DNA from: an uncultured Dehalococcoidia bacterium
GTDB lineage: Bacteria > Chloroflexota > Dehalococcoidia > UBA6926
Length of the DNA: 64,000 nt
Assembly: GCA_964405845.1 (NCBI GenBank)
Contig: CAYOPL010000012.1
Coordinates: 95,583-159,582, forward strand
Direction: 5' to 3'
Program-made: the position numbers and the translations under genes
Shown: piece after piece, positions 44,471 through 55,319 of the stretch
Position numbering within the stretch: position 1 is the stretch's first letter
Layout: each line of letters begins with the position of its first letter
Notes under the pieces: model-generated
Seen by the model: only the letters and a program-made list of their open reading frames with translations
The model's database searches: none
What the model was told of the DNA's origin: nothing

Positions 44471-44983
44471 ATGGCGCGCGTCCTCGGCATCGACCCCGGA
44501 ACACACGTGGCCGGCTACGGCGTACTTGATACAAGAGACGATGGCAGCGCCCATTCATTCGTGGAGTGCGGCGTCATTCGCCTCAAGCGGGACGACCCGC
44601 TGGAGATGCGTCTGCTGCGGCTGCGTGAAGGTCTGCTTGAGATCGTCAGCCGCCTGAACCCTGATGCCATCGCCATTGAGAGCCCGTTTGTCGGGCGAAA
44701 CGTCAAGGCGGCATTCTCGGTGGGAGAGGCGCGAGGCGTCGCGCTTGTCATCGCCGCCGAACGCGGCATCCCCGTCCGCCAATACGCCCCCGCCCAGGTC
44801 AAGAGCACCGTCGCCGGTCATGGGCGCGCCACGAAACAGGACGTTGATCGGCTGCTCAGGCTGCAAGTGACAATGCCGGAGGGCAAGGTCCCGGCGGACG
44901 CCACGGACGCCCTCGCAGTCGCCATGTGTGACGCTGTGCAATCGTCCTCGGTGCAAACGCAGGCAGCCAATTTGTTACGCTAA
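44471..44983 (+). CDS. ruvC: Crossover junction endodeoxyribonuclease RuvC.
   Basis: The N-terminus reads MARVLGIDPGTHVAGYGVLD, with the catalytic D...E...D pattern IAIESPFVGRN and DALAVAMC. Confidence 0.88.
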   Translation: MARVLGIDPGTHVAGYGVLDTRDDGSAHSFVECGVIRLKRDDPLEMRLLRLREGLLEIVSRLNPDAIAIESPFVGRNVKAAFSVGEARGVALVIAAERGIPVRQYAPAQVKSTVAGHGRATKQDVDRLLRLQVTMPEGKVPADATDALAVAMCDAVQSSSVQTQAANLLR

Positions 44984-45013
44984 CGAGAGATGTTTCGGGT
45001 GAGGGGGTAAATC

Positions 45014-46222
45014 ATGGACTTCAGATTGTCGCCTGAGGGTGAGGCATTCCGCGAAGAGGTTCGCGATTTTCTCAAGGAGAACTGGGATACCAAAGAGTTC
45101 GACGCCCACTCCATCAACGTCCGCTCGATTGACTTCGCAAGCGCCGAATCTCGCGAAAATGACCACGAATTCATCCTGAAGCTCGTCGACAAGGGCTGGT
45201 ACACCATGCACTGGCCGGAGGAGTACGGCGGCCAGGACGCCCCCTTTGACAAGCAGTTCGTGTACATGGAGGAGCTGGGATACGCGGGCGCGCCGGAAGG
45301 CTCTCCCGCATCCAACATCACCGGCGTCCTCATGATTCACGGCACTGACTTTCTCAAAGAAAAGTTCCTTGGCCCCATGGCTCGCGCTGAAATCGATTGG
45401 GCGCAGGGGTACAGCGAGCCTAACGCCGGTACCGATCTCGCCAGCCTGCAGACACGGGGCGTCGAGGACGGCGATGACATCGTTGTCACGGGCCAAAAGA
45501 TCTGGTCGTCCGGCTCCCACTTCTCCAACTGGTACCACATCCTTGTTCGCACGGATCCCAGCGCCCCAAAGCACCGCGGCATTACGTATCTCGCCATGCA
45601 GCTCAAGGACGATGACGGCTACATGATGCCCGGCATCACCCTGCGTCCCTTGTACGACTTCTTTGGCACGCGCCGATGGAACGAGGTCTTCATGGACGAG
45701 GTGCGCGTTCCCAAGCGTTACATGATTGGCGAGATGAACCGCGGATGGTATGCGGCCATGACGACGCTCAATTTCGAGCGCACGGGCATCGACAACGCCG
45801 CGCGTCAGATCGGCGTATTTGACCGCTTTATCGCAATGGCGCGCGACCTGAAATTCAACGGTGAGTCCATCCTCAACAACGGAGTCACACGACACCAGTT
45901 GGCGGATCTCCGCGTCACGTTGGAGATCGACCGCATGCTGGCGTACCGCGTCGCGGCAATGCAGGCGGCGGGTGAGGTGCCGCAAGCCGAGGGAGCGATG
46001 TCTGGATGGCGTGTCCTGCACACCTCCAAATACTGGCTCTGGCCCACGTTCGCGAGAGCTTTGGGACCGTACATTGGGCTGCATAAGCCTGAACCACGCG
46101 CGCCCGGCAACGGCATCTACGGCACGCACTACATGCTCTCTCAGAACGAGTCCGGCGGCGGCGGTGGCATCGCGCTCGGCGCAAACATCATTGCCTGGCG
46201 CGGCCTCGGCCTCCCGAGGTAG
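45014..46222 (+). CDS. Acyl-CoA dehydrogenase family protein.
   Basis: The three-domain ACAD pattern is present (MDFRLSPEGEAFREEVRDFL..., YSEPNAGTDLASL, QIWSSGS, central beta-barrel). Confidence 0.8.
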   Translation: MDFRLSPEGEAFREEVRDFLKENWDTKEFDAHSINVRSIDFASAESRENDHEFILKLVDKGWYTMHWPEEYGGQDAPFDKQFVYMEELGYAGAPEGSPASNITGVLMIHGTDFLKEKFLGPMARAEIDWAQGYSEPNAGTDLASLQTRGVEDGDDIVVTGQKIWSSGSHFSNWYHILVRTDPSAPKHRGITYLAMQLKDDDGYMMPGITLRPLYDFFGTRRWNEVFMDEVRVPKRYMIGEMNRGWYAAMTTLNFERTGIDNAARQIGVFDRFIAMARDLKFNGESILNNGVTRHQLADLRVTLEIDRMLAYRVAAMQAAGEVPQAEGAMSGWRVLHTSKYWLWPTFARALGPYIGLHKPEPRAPGNGIYGTHYMLSQNESGGGGGIALGANIIAWRGLGLPR

Positions 46223-46271
46223 CGTTACCTGCGCGACTACTATCGCCTCTTGCTCTGGTACGCTGTGAACG

Positions 46272-46883
46272 ATGATTTCCAGTATTCAGGGCATCCTTGA
46301 GGCGCGTGGCGAGGACTGGGTCGACGTTGCTATCGGCGGCGTCAGCGTCCGCGCCCAGGTTCCATCATCTGCTCTGTCCGGCCTTGGCCCTGTTGGCGCC
46401 CACGTCCGTCTCTTCACCCATCTCATCGTCCGCGACGAGAGCATCACCCTCTACGGCTTTCGTAGCACCGAGGAAAAAGCAGCATTCACGGCACTCCTCG
46501 GCGTCTCCGGCATCGGGCCCCGTCTCGGCTTGGTTATTCTGTCAGTGCTGTCGCCCGCCGAGCTTGTGGAAGCGATAGAGCAGGGTGATGCAGGAGTGTT
46601 GGCGCGCGCGCCCGGCGTCGGCAAGCGCAGTGCCTCGCGCGTCATCGTGGAACTCAAGGGCAAGCTGGATGAGCTGGACATCGCCGGCCTGACCGCCGGC
46701 CCAACCCGTGCCCCAACCATCCTCGACGCCGAGCTGACCGCCGTCCTGCAATCGCTGGGCTATACCGCGCAGGAGATACGTCTGGCAGTCTCGGCGGTCG
46801 TAAATCCGGAGTTGGAGGAAACGCCGCCATTGGACGAACGCGTGAGGTTGGCCCTCACAACACTCAGCGGAGGCGGAACCTAG
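46272..46883 (+). CDS. ruvA: Holliday junction branch migration protein RuvA.
   Basis: The N-terminus reads MISSIQGILEARGEDWVDVAIGGVSVRAQVP, followed by two HhH motifs (LLGVSGIGPRLGLVIL). Confidence 0.88.
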   Translation: MISSIQGILEARGEDWVDVAIGGVSVRAQVPSSALSGLGPVGAHVRLFTHLIVRDESITLYGFRSTEEKAAFTALLGVSGIGPRLGLVILSVLSPAELVEAIEQGDAGVLARAPGVGKRSASRVIVELKGKLDELDIAGLTAGPTRAPTILDAELTAVLQSLGYTAQEIRLAVSAVVNPELEETPPLDERVRLALTTLSGGGT

Positions 46884-46887
46884 AACC

Positions 46888-47346
46888 ATGCTTGAGAGTT
46901 TTTTCGTCGTTCTGGCGCTGATCAGTGTGCTTTGCGCTTGGGTCCTCTACACCGGCGGGCGTTACGGCACGGCGACTTCTAACCCCTGGTGGGCCGTCAT
47001 CGGCCTCATGGCAGTTCTGCTCAACCTGCACGTCATTGGGCTGCTGCTGCCGTCGTTCACGATCATCGCATGGGCATTGATTGCGATCGCCATCGGCACC
47101 AGCCTACCGGCCGCATTGCGGGAGATTTCGTTCTGGAACGCTGGCCTCCTAAAGCGCCCCGGCAACCGCGAACTCCTGATGGAAGTCATCCTCATCGTCG
47201 TCAGCATCTACGCTGCTACGACGGTCGACCCCCAGCTGCCGGACGTCGGACGCGGCCCAATCATCGCCGCCATCATCACCCCGCTGCTCATGGTCAGGTG
47301 GGCCATCACCCGCATCATGGTTCAGCGGCCCGATCGGTACAGCTAA
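46888..47346 (+). CDS. Hypothetical 4-TM membrane protein.
   Basis: It is 152 aa and hydrophobic, with no recognisable motif. Confidence 0.4.
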   Translation: MLESFFVVLALISVLCAWVLYTGGRYGTATSNPWWAVIGLMAVLLNLHVIGLLLPSFTIIAWALIAIAIGTSLPAALREISFWNAGLLKRPGNRELLMEVILIVVSIYAATTVDPQLPDVGRGPIIAAIITPLLMVRWAITRIMVQRPDRYS

Positions 47347-47396
47347 TCCCCTGACGTTCCTGAGGGAGCGATTGATCCCACCTGTACGGAGTCCGC

Positions 47397-47825
47397 ATGA
47401 GGGCAATCATCGACACCAACCTCCTTGTGGGAGCCCTTGCGCAACGTGGCGGTTCCGCAAGCCAAATACTCGACCTCTGGCGCGACGGCCGCTTTGAGCA
47501 CGTCGCTTCGGAAGCCACCCTCCGCGAAGCCGAACTTGTTGTTGGTGCGCGTTGGATCGAAAGGCTCAGCAGCGCGGAAGAGCGTGACGACCTGTTGGCG
47601 GAACTACGAGAGCGCTCAATACTGGTCGAAGCGCCGATCTTGGAGGAGTTGACTCTCAAGGACGCGGGAGACCGCCGCCTTGTTGAGGCCGCGTACGCGG
47701 GAAACGCGCGTTATCTTGTGACGGCGGATAGGGAAGTGCTCCGGATGTGGGGATATGGTGGCGTGGAATTCGTAACGTCCGCGGAGTTCTTGCGGGCGCT
47801 GAACGAACAGGCCAACCAAACGTGA
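47397..47825 (+). CDS. PIN-domain nuclease (putative toxin-type PIN, TIGR00305-like), with no adjacent antitoxin.
   Basis: The first acidic residue lies in MRAIIDTNLLVGAL. An ...EAPILEEL...DAGDRRLVEAAYAGNARYLVTADRE tail follows. Confidence 0.6.
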   Translation: MRAIIDTNLLVGALAQRGGSASQILDLWRDGRFEHVASEATLREAELVVGARWIERLSSAEERDDLLAELRERSILVEAPILEELTLKDAGDRRLVEAAYAGNARYLVTADREVLRMWGYGGVEFVTSAEFLRALNEQANQT

Positions 47826-47878
47826 AATTACGCGACCCGCAAGGCAAACCCTAGTTATACTAGGGTGTTGGGCAAACT

Positions 47879-49909
47879 TTGGGAGCCCGAAGTCAGGATC
47901 AGTTGATGGCTATTGCAGAGTATCCCACGACAGACCGGCAGTTTGAGCTTGTGTCCCCGTTCGGCATGATGGGTGACCAGCCTGACGCTGTCGGCACAAT
48001 TGTGGATGGCCTAGGGGATGGCCGCCGCTATCAGACACTCAAGGGCGTAACCGGCAGTGGCAAGACGTTCACCATGGCCAACATCATCGCCCAGTCCCAA
48101 CGCCCCGCTCTCGTTATCGCCCACAACAAGACCCTCGCCGCGCAGCTCGCCATGGAGTTTCGCGACTTCTTCCCCAATAACGCCGTTGAGTACTTCGTCT
48201 CCTACTACGACTACTATCAGCCAGAGGCATACGTCCCGCGTTCAGACACGTACATCGAGAAAGACGCCCAGATCAACGATGAGATCGATCGCCTCCGCCA
48301 CGCTGCCACGAAAGCGTTGTGGGAACGCCGGGATACCCTTATTGTCGCTTCCGTCTCCTGCATCTACGGCCTCGGCGCGCCGGATGAGTACGCCGCGTTC
48401 ATCCTCGTCCTCGAACGAGGAACACGGCACCGGCGTGACGATGTCATCCGCCGTCTCATTGATATGCAGTATGCGCGAAATGACTTTGACTTCACACGAG
48501 GCCGATTCCGTGTCAATGGCGACACCATTGAGTTGCAGCCAGCATATGAGGAGACCGCCGTCCGGATAGAGTTCTTCGGCGATGAGATTGAGCGCATCGT
48601 CACCGTCGATACCACCACAGGCCAACTCTTGGGCGAACGCTCGAAAGTGGCCATCTATCCCGCCAAACACTGGGTGACCGGCGAAGAGAAACTGCGCTCC
48701 GCCATCATAGATATCGAAGAGGAACTGCATGATCGTGTGTCATGGTTCCGGGAGCAGGGCAAGCTCGTTGAGGCGCAGCGCCTTGAACAGCGCACCCGTT
48801 ATGACCTTGAAATGCTTCGGGAAGCGGGCTACTGCGCCGGCGTTGAGAACTACTCGCGCCACCTCCAGCGACGTGAAGCCCACAGTCGTCCTTGGACCCT
48901 CCTCGACTACTTCCCCAAGGACTACCTCATCTTTATCGATGAGTCGCACATGACCATCCCTCAGCTCCGCGGCATGTTCCACGGCGACGTTGCCCGCAAG
49001 CAGGTCCTCGTCGATTACGGCTTCCGCCTCCCCTCCGCGTTGGATAACCGCCCGCTCAACTACACCGAATTCGAGCAGCTCTTCGGCCAGATTGTCTTCG
49101 TATCTGCCACCCCCGGCCCCTATGAACATGAGGTCAGCAACAGCATTGTTGAACAGGTCATCCGCCCGACGGGTCTCCTTGATCCGACGGTGGAAGTCAA
49201 ACCCACGCGAGGCCAGGTAGATGACCTGCTCGCCCAGATCAAGGAACGTGTGGACCGTGGCGAGCGTGCCCTCGTCACCACACTCACCAAGCGCATGGCC
49301 GAGCAACTTGCAGACTATCTACAGGAAATGGGCGTCAAAACCCATTACATCCACGCCGACGTGAAAACGCTGGATCGCAGCGAGATACTCCGTGATCTCC
49401 GCCTCGGCGTCTATGACGTCATCGTCGGCATCAACCTCCTGCGTGAAGGTCTGGACCTCCCGGAAGTCAGCCTTGTCGCCATCCTGGATGCCGACAAAGA
49501 GGGCTACCTGCGTTCGGGCACATCCCTGATCCAGACCGTCGGACGTGCCGCCCGTCACGTCAACGGCCACGTCATCATGTACGCCGACCGGGTAACGGAC
49601 TCCATGCGCAACGCCATCGAGGAAACCTATCGACGGCGCGACCTGCAAGAGGACTACAACACGGATCACGATATCGTCCCGCAGGGAATCCAAAAGGCTG
49701 TTCACGACATTACGGAAAGAGTGAGGCAGGTCGCGGAATCTCGCGCTGTCTACGAGACAGCGCCGGCCGAAATCGAAATTGAGAACGTCGCGTCTGCTGT
49801 CCGTGAGCTTGAAAAGCAGATGAAGCAAGCCGCCCGCAACTTGGAGTTCGAGAAAGCCGCTGCCCTGCGAGACCAGATGGTTGAGCTTCGCCGGCTGATG
49901 ATTGAGTGA
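47879..49909 (+). CDS. uvrB: Excinuclease ABC subunit B (UvrB).
   Basis: [17 protein letters not shown], the GVTGSGKTF Walker A, helicase motifs, and the C-terminal UVR domain [22 protein letters not shown] are all present. Alternative start at 47906. Confidence 0.92.
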   Translation: MGARSQDQLMAIAEYPTTDRQFELVSPFGMMGDQPDAVGTIVDGLGDGRRYQTLKGVTGSGKTFTMANIIAQSQRPALVIAHNKTLAAQLAMEFRDFFPNNAVEYFVSYYDYYQPEAYVPRSDTYIEKDAQINDEIDRLRHAATKALWERRDTLIVASVSCIYGLGAPDEYAAFILVLERGTRHRRDDVIRRLIDMQYARNDFDFTRGRFRVNGDTIELQPAYEETAVRIEFFGDEIERIVTVDTTTGQLLGERSKVAIYPAKHWVTGEEKLRSAIIDIEEELHDRVSWFREQGKLVEAQRLEQRTRYDLEMLREAGYCAGVENYSRHLQRREAHSRPWTLLDYFPKDYLIFIDESHMTIPQLRGMFHGDVARKQVLVDYGFRLPSALDNRPLNYTEFEQLFGQIVFVSATPGPYEHEVSNSIVEQVIRPTGLLDPTVEVKPTRGQVDDLLAQIKERVDRGERALVTTLTKRMAEQLADYLQEMGVKTHYIHADVKTLDRSEILRDLRLGVYDVIVGINLLREGLDLPEVSLVAILDADKEGYLRSGTSLIQTVGRAARHVNGHVIMYADRVTDSMRNAIEETYRRRDLQEDYNTDHDIVPQGIQKAVHDITERVRQVAESRAVYETAPAEIEIENVASAVRELEKQMKQAARNLEFEKAAALRDQMVELRRLMIE

Positions 49910-49912
49910 GCC

Positions 49913-50932
49913 ATGCCTGCGCTGCGCACCATCCGCGGACTCACGTGGCTGCTCCCGGCGACGCTCCTAACCCTCACTGCCATCGCTCTCACCGGCTGCG
50001 TTGAGCACCTGTCCAATGATGGCGTGCCCGGCGTTCCTGAGGGCTTCGGCGAACGAGTGCCCGACGTGCCCCTCGGCGGCTACCTCTTCGTAAAGCCGCC
50101 CGGCGATGATTCCACGATCAACATCAGCACAAATCTCAGACAACGGGACGGCTCAACTATCTCTTGGCAGGCGGAAGCCCGCTCGATTTCCCTCTGGCTA
50201 AGCCCGGCTGACACGGATGAGAGACTAATAACCACAACAATCCGCTTCTCGTTCGGCAGCGAGTTCGATGCAATTTCCGCGCACAGCGTGCTCTCTCGCG
50301 TCGATGCGGGCGTGTCATCGTGGGCCAACAGGAGCGGGCATGACGCAGAGCTCGTTATCGGCGACCAGAGACAGGTCTGGTCCATGCGTAACACGCTGAA
50401 TGAAAACATCTTCGTCTCAGATGAGCAGCTGGCCGAAACGGGAGCATGGCGCAACGCCCTCAAACTGCCGCAAGCCCCGCCAAAGCCCGTGCTCGCCGCG
50501 GGATTCACACAGGTTCCTCCCGAGCGCATGAATGAGATTCTCGATTGGCTGGCAAGGCAGGGCATCGTCGATCTCACGCAGTTCGGTGAGATGCTTGATA
50601 GACTCCAATTGGACAACGCCATCTTTGCGGTTTATGGCGACTCCCTCCCCGAGCTAAGCGTGAACACCGCCCCCGGCGAACTGGCGGCACACGGCCTCAC
50701 CGGGCTCGCCATCGCCCGCACCGGAATCCCCGCCCCCCTTGTTTCGTGGGGATTCAATGTTGGAGCATTGCGAGCCGGTCTCGACAGGGTCGAATCCCCA
50801 ACTGGCCGCTACTATCGCTACGAAGGTGATGGCGCGGTCGTGCTCGCGCAGGTCAGGCAGGGCGATATTCAGGTGGCGGCATCGTCAAGTCCGGAAGACG
50901 CCGCACAGATACTCGAACTGATACCCAACTGA
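49913..50932 (+). CDS. Hypothetical lipoprotein.
   Basis: The signal/lipobox is LLTLTAIALTGC. No known domain is recognisable. Confidence 0.5.
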   Translation: MPALRTIRGLTWLLPATLLTLTAIALTGCVEHLSNDGVPGVPEGFGERVPDVPLGGYLFVKPPGDDSTINISTNLRQRDGSTISWQAEARSISLWLSPADTDERLITTTIRFSFGSEFDAISAHSVLSRVDAGVSSWANRSGHDAELVIGDQRQVWSMRNTLNENIFVSDEQLAETGAWRNALKLPQAPPKPVLAAGFTQVPPERMNEILDWLARQGIVDLTQFGEMLDRLQLDNAIFAVYGDSLPELSVNTAPGELAAHGLTGLAIARTGIPAPLVSWGFNVGALRAGLDRVESPTGRYYRYEGDGAVVLAQVRQGDIQVAASSSPEDAAQILELIPN

Positions 50933-51047
50933 GACGCGCCCGGCGCCCACAGTACCTAAACCGCCGGAGTTAACCCGCTAGAATGAACAGGGTGGCGGCG
51001 CAGCGGTCAAAACCGCGTCGCCGTACAGAACGGAGAAGGGAAGACAA

Positions 51048-51881
51048 GTGACTCAGCCCGGAATGAATGATCAGGCCCGCGCGCGGCTTGGCTCCATGAT
51101 GAAGACGTGGGAGCGCCGCAAGAAGATCGCCGAACACCTAAACCAGATCCAATATCGCGTCGCTGTCTACAGCGGCAAGGGGGGCGTCGGCAAGACGACG
51201 GTCGCCGTCAACCTCGCGGTCGCGCTCTCACAGATGGGACATTCCGTTGGCCTCCTTGACGCTGACATCGACTGCCCAAACGCTGACAAACTACTCGGCG
51301 TCACCGAGCGCCCCCGCTATGTCGACGGCACACTCCATCCACCGCAGCGCGCCGGCGTCAAGACCATCTCCATGGCGTCGTTTCAGGAAAATGAGGATGA
51401 GGCCATCATTTGGCGCGGGCCAATGGTCACCAACGCCATCAACCAGTTCCTTGAACTAACCGAGTGGGGCGATCTCGAATATCTCGTCGTCGACCTGCCC
51501 CCCGGCACCTCTGACGCCCCGCTGACCATCATGCAGACACTTCAACTGCACGGATTCGTCGTTGTAACTACTCCACAGGACCTCGCCGTCTTGGACGCCA
51601 AGCGCTCCATCAACATGATCAAGAAGATGAACATAGACATCCTCGGCGTCGTCGAGAATATGTCCGGCGACATCTTTGGCAAGGGCGGCGGCGAAACTCT
51701 TGCCAAGGACTTGGCCGTCCCCTTCCTCGGGCGACTGGAACTCTCCCGCGACTTCAGCGATATCGGCCCCGACCTTGCGGTCATCAAGCACAAGAAAGCC
51801 CAGAAACGCTATAGGGAAATTGCCGAGGGCATGATTGACCGCGTCAAGGAAGTAACCCCCGCCGCCCAGATCGCCTCCTAG
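51048..51881 (+). CDS. Mrp/NBP35 (ApbC) family Fe-S cluster carrier ATPase.
   Basis: The deviant Walker A VAVYSGKGGVGKTTVAVNLAVAL is present, plus the CxxC-region LDADIDCPN. Confidence 0.85.
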   Translation: MTQPGMNDQARARLGSMMKTWERRKKIAEHLNQIQYRVAVYSGKGGVGKTTVAVNLAVALSQMGHSVGLLDADIDCPNADKLLGVTERPRYVDGTLHPPQRAGVKTISMASFQENEDEAIIWRGPMVTNAINQFLELTEWGDLEYLVVDLPPGTSDAPLTIMQTLQLHGFVVVTTPQDLAVLDAKRSINMIKKMNIDILGVVENMSGDIFGKGGGETLAKDLAVPFLGRLELSRDFSDIGPDLAVIKHKKAQKRYREIAEGMIDRVKEVTPAAQIAS

Positions 51882-52086
51882 GCTCCCGTCGGCGAGTTTA
51901 GCGCTCAGTCCTCTATAGAAGTCTTAGTATCACTGCCGCAATGAGAGGAAGCAGGACAAGGACGATGAGTGCCTGCACTATGGCCTGCCAGTCCTTGCGC
52001 ATCGTTTTCAAAACCCAATGTGTCATTTGTGATAGGACCCCCACCGAGTAGTGTGTTCCACCCTGCAAAGCAGGGCAGGGCAGCGT

Positions 52087-55000
52087 TTACTCTTCGCCGT
52101 CGTCCTCTTCCACAGCAGCGGCAGCCTCGCGAGTCCGCCTGATTCCGCGCCCCGCCGTCTCCGCCGGCGCATTCGGAATCTCGGCCCCGGCCAGACCCTC
52201 TTCAACGAGCCTGTCGCGCAGCCGCGCCGCGCGTGGATAGCCGATGCCCAGTCGGCGTTGCAGCAGCGAAGTTGAAACCTTGCCCTTATAGATGTCGGAC
52301 AGCTCGCGCGCCTGCTCCATGATGTCATCCTCGCCGGAGCCGTTGCGCTTTGACCCGTTCCCGTTCATATCGTCCGTGCTGCCGTTCCGGCCCCGTGATT
52401 GCAGGCCGATGTCCTCAGGTTGAACAAGGTCGGGCAGCTCAGGCGGTACGTAGCCCTTGGATTGGGCCCGCCACGCGTCAACAACCGCGTCCGATTCATG
52501 CGATGAGATAAACGCGCTCTGGATGCGGAGAGGGCGTGATGCGTCCTGCGGCAGGTAGAGCATATCGCCGCGTCCAAGCAGCTTCTCCGCGCCCGCCCCG
52601 TCCAGGATCGTCCGTGAATCCACCAACGACGTCACCATGAAGCTGATTCGCGTTGGGAAGTTAGCCTTGATGAGACCCGTGATGACGTTCACGGACGGGC
52701 GCTGCGTCGCGACCACAAGGTGAATGCCCGTTGCGCGTCCCATCTGCGCCAGCCGGACGAGGCCGGTTTCCACAGCCTTGCCTGACGTCATCATCAGGTC
52801 CGCCAACTCATCAACGATGAGGACGAGATAGGGCATCCGCTTGCCCTCTCCAACCTTGTCGTTGTAGGAGGCAATGTCGCGCGCGCCTTGTTGCGCCAGC
52901 TGTTCAAGCCGCTCCTCCATCTGCTGCATCATCCACTGCAGTGCGTTGACCACTTTCTGCGTGTCGACGATGACGGGCGTAATGAGGTGGGGAATGCCGT
53001 TATAGATGGTCAGCTCAACTCGTTTCGGATCGATCATCACGAAACGGAGATCGTCCGGCGTGGCCCGTGAGATGAGGCTTGTGATCAGGCTGTTGATAAA
53101 GACGCTCTTACCGCTGCCTGTTGAGCCTGCAACAAGCAGGTGCGGCATCCGGGCGAGGTCTGCAACCACCGGCTCGCCGCCGCTGCCCTTGCCAAGCGGG
53201 AACGCCAGCATGCTCTTGCCCCGCGCTGTGCGGTAGGCGTCACTCTCCATCTGTGGGCGCATGTAGACTGTCTCCGCCGTCGCGTTCGGCACCTCGACTC
53301 CCACCAGGTTCGTGCCCTGGATGGGTTCGATACGGACGCTCGCAGCCTTCAGTTGGAGCGCGAGGTCGTCATCGAGCTTGGAGATCGCGTCTACCTTGAC
53401 GCGCGTGCGCCCAACTTCCTGTCGCTTTGCGACAATCTGACCGTCCTCGTTCCGCTCACGCACAGTTCGGTAGCGCCTGTCCCATCCGGGCCGCACTCCA
53501 TAGAGCGTGACGGTCGGGCCGGGGCGAACTTCCGTCACCTCAACCTCGATGCCGTACTCCTGCAGGGTTTCCTGGATGGCCTCCGCCGTTTCGAGGTGTG
53601 ATTCGGTATCGACTTCCGCCGCCGGCTGTTCGTCAAATAGCTTGAACGAGGGGTATTTCCATGCCACCTTGGGCAGTCCGGCGAACGGATCAAGAGAGTC
53701 CAGCAACTGCTGGTCGCTGCGACTGACAACGGCAACCGCCTCCTCTTCGTCCGCCTCTGGTTCCTCCTCTATCTCCTCTAGTTCGGCGTCCGCCTCAATG
53801 CCTTCTTCCGTCAGGTCGATATCGTCGTCTACGGCCTCGAATTCGCCCACCTCTAGGACGGGACTGTCTGAACCGGAGTCAAATTCGTCGACATCTTCCA
53901 TAGTCTCGATGGACTCATCAGTTGTGCCGTCGATGAGCGTCTCGATGTGCTTATCGAGATCCCAGGCATCGTCCTCGTCATCCGCGTCATGGTCGGTGAA
54001 GGCCAGCGGATCCCTCTGACCCATCTCGTCAACCTCGTCTGGATTCATTCCGAATCCTTCACCCTCTACGTCAGGATGGAACGAGTGGTGCGTCCTCTGA
54101 TCATCGACGCTGCTGAGACCGGGAGGCGGGATGAACAGAGGCTTCTCCTCCACTGCCGTCGCGTTCTCTTGGTTGACGGGTCCTTCGATAGTCGCTGTTT
54201 CCTCAGAGTCGAAGTGCCGTTCACCAAATGGCTTTGTGGCGTCATCCACGTCCTTGTTGCTGGGAACGCCGGGCATAACGATGCGGGGACGCTGCTCTTG
54301 CGGTGTCTCCCCGCCCCGTGCCGACTCTATTTCCTGTTGCACTCGCTTCTGTTGGTCACGGACAACCCCAACCGGCTCCGGATACCGTGGCTTCATTACG
54401 GCGCGCGCAGGCTCGGGCACGACAATCCGCGTGCGAGGAATCGGAGCCTCATCGAATTCGGAGGTGTCTCCCTCGTCACTCGCGTACGTGCGCGCCGCGC
54501 GAACCTCTTGTACCCTGCGCTTGGCCGCTGCGCCACTGGCAACCGCGGCGCTCGCGCTTGCCACGCCCGCCGCGTGTCCTGCGCGCCCTGATGCTCGCGC
54601 AGCCCTGAACGCCCCAATTGGTGAGAGAAGAATGAGCGTGACCAGCGTTAGCCCGGCAAAGATGCCGATCACCTGGAGATCTGTGAAGTCAGCAAGAAAG
54701 CCGGTGAGACTGCTCTCGATGGAGATGCCCTGTATCTCCGTCACCTCGAAATAGTGCAGGGCAGCCATGGCAGCCCCCGCGCCGAACAGCAGCGCGCCTG
54801 CCCAGCGCCAAACCCGCGCGTTCTTCAGACCAAAGACACGAAGAGCGATATACGTTGCAACCAGAAGCGCGGGCGCAATGATCAGCCATGGCCCCGAGTA
54901 CGTCCATGCCGGAGCCAGCCGACCCGTCAGTTCTGCAGGCTGCAATAACGCGGCCGCGATTGAACCGACGACGATGCCCAGCAATAGGAGAATGACAACG

Positions 55001-55095
55001 ATGCGCAGCTTCGAGGAGCCGCCGCTAGCGGAAATCTCAACATCGGCTGTACGCGCTCGTCCGGAAGCGCGCCGAGTGGCAGTTGAACCAGCCAT
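52087..55095 (-). CDS. ftsK: DNA translocase FtsK/SpoIIIE.
   Basis: N-terminal TM segments and a long acidic linker precede the motor domain with Walker A GSTGSGKSVFINSLITSL. The gamma domain reads VSTSLLQRRLGIGYPRAARLRDRLVEEGL. Confidence 0.9.
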   Translation of the reverse strand: MAGSTATRRASGRARTADVEISASGGSSKLRIVVILLLLGIVVGSIAAALLQPAELTGRLAPAWTYSGPWLIIAPALLVATYIALRVFGLKNARVWRWAGALLFGAGAAMAALHYFEVTEIQGISIESSLTGFLADFTDLQVIGIFAGLTLVTLILLSPIGAFRAARASGRAGHAAGVASASAAVASGAAAKRRVQEVRAARTYASDEGDTSEFDEAPIPRTRIVVPEPARAVMKPRYPEPVGVVRDQQKRVQQEIESARGGETPQEQRPRIVMPGVPSNKDVDDATKPFGERHFDSEETATIEGPVNQENATAVEEKPLFIPPPGLSSVDDQRTHHSFHPDVEGEGFGMNPDEVDEMGQRDPLAFTDHDADDEDDAWDLDKHIETLIDGTTDESIETMEDVDEFDSGSDSPVLEVGEFEAVDDDIDLTEEGIEADAELEEIEEEPEADEEEAVAVVSRSDQQLLDSLDPFAGLPKVAWKYPSFKLFDEQPAAEVDTESHLETAEAIQETLQEYGIEVEVTEVRPGPTVTLYGVRPGWDRRYRTVRERNEDGQIVAKRQEVGRTRVKVDAISKLDDDLALQLKAASVRIEPIQGTNLVGVEVPNATAETVYMRPQMESDAYRTARGKSMLAFPLGKGSGGEPVVADLARMPHLLVAGSTGSGKSVFINSLITSLISRATPDDLRFVMIDPKRVELTIYNGIPHLITPVIVDTQKVVNALQWMMQQMEERLEQLAQQGARDIASYNDKVGEGKRMPYLVLIVDELADLMMTSGKAVETGLVRLAQMGRATGIHLVVATQRPSVNVITGLIKANFPTRISFMVTSLVDSRTILDGAGAEKLLGRGDMLYLPQDASRPLRIQSAFISSHESDAVVDAWRAQSKGYVPPELPDLVQPEDIGLQSRGRNGSTDDMNGNGSKRNGSGEDDIMEQARELSDIYKGKVSTSLLQRRLGIGYPRAARLRDRLVEEGLAGAEIPNAPAETAGRGIRRTREAAAAVEEDDGEE

Positions 55096-55157
55096 AGCCC
55101 GACTATTTTAGACCAATTTCAAAACCACGTCCAATAACTGCTGTTTCTCATCCGTGT

Positions 55158-55315
55158 CTGTCATTCTGAGCGCAGCGAAGAATCTAAAAACTCAATTGCC
55201 CCGCCAGTGTCGGAACGTGGAATACCACCTAACAGGCCAATCCTCGCCGGATCGCGAACCGAGAGCCGTAACGCAGTTACCCGTTCACCGTGAGCTTGTC
55301 GAAGGGTGAACCCTC
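55158..55315. repeat. REP-like repeat (C plus D module at 55158-55215, A module at 55281-55315).
   Basis: gtcattctgagcgcagcgaagaatctaaaaactcaattgccccgcc ... ccgttcaccgtgagcttgtcgaagggtgaacc. Confidence 0.75.
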
Positions 55316-55319
55316 TCCC

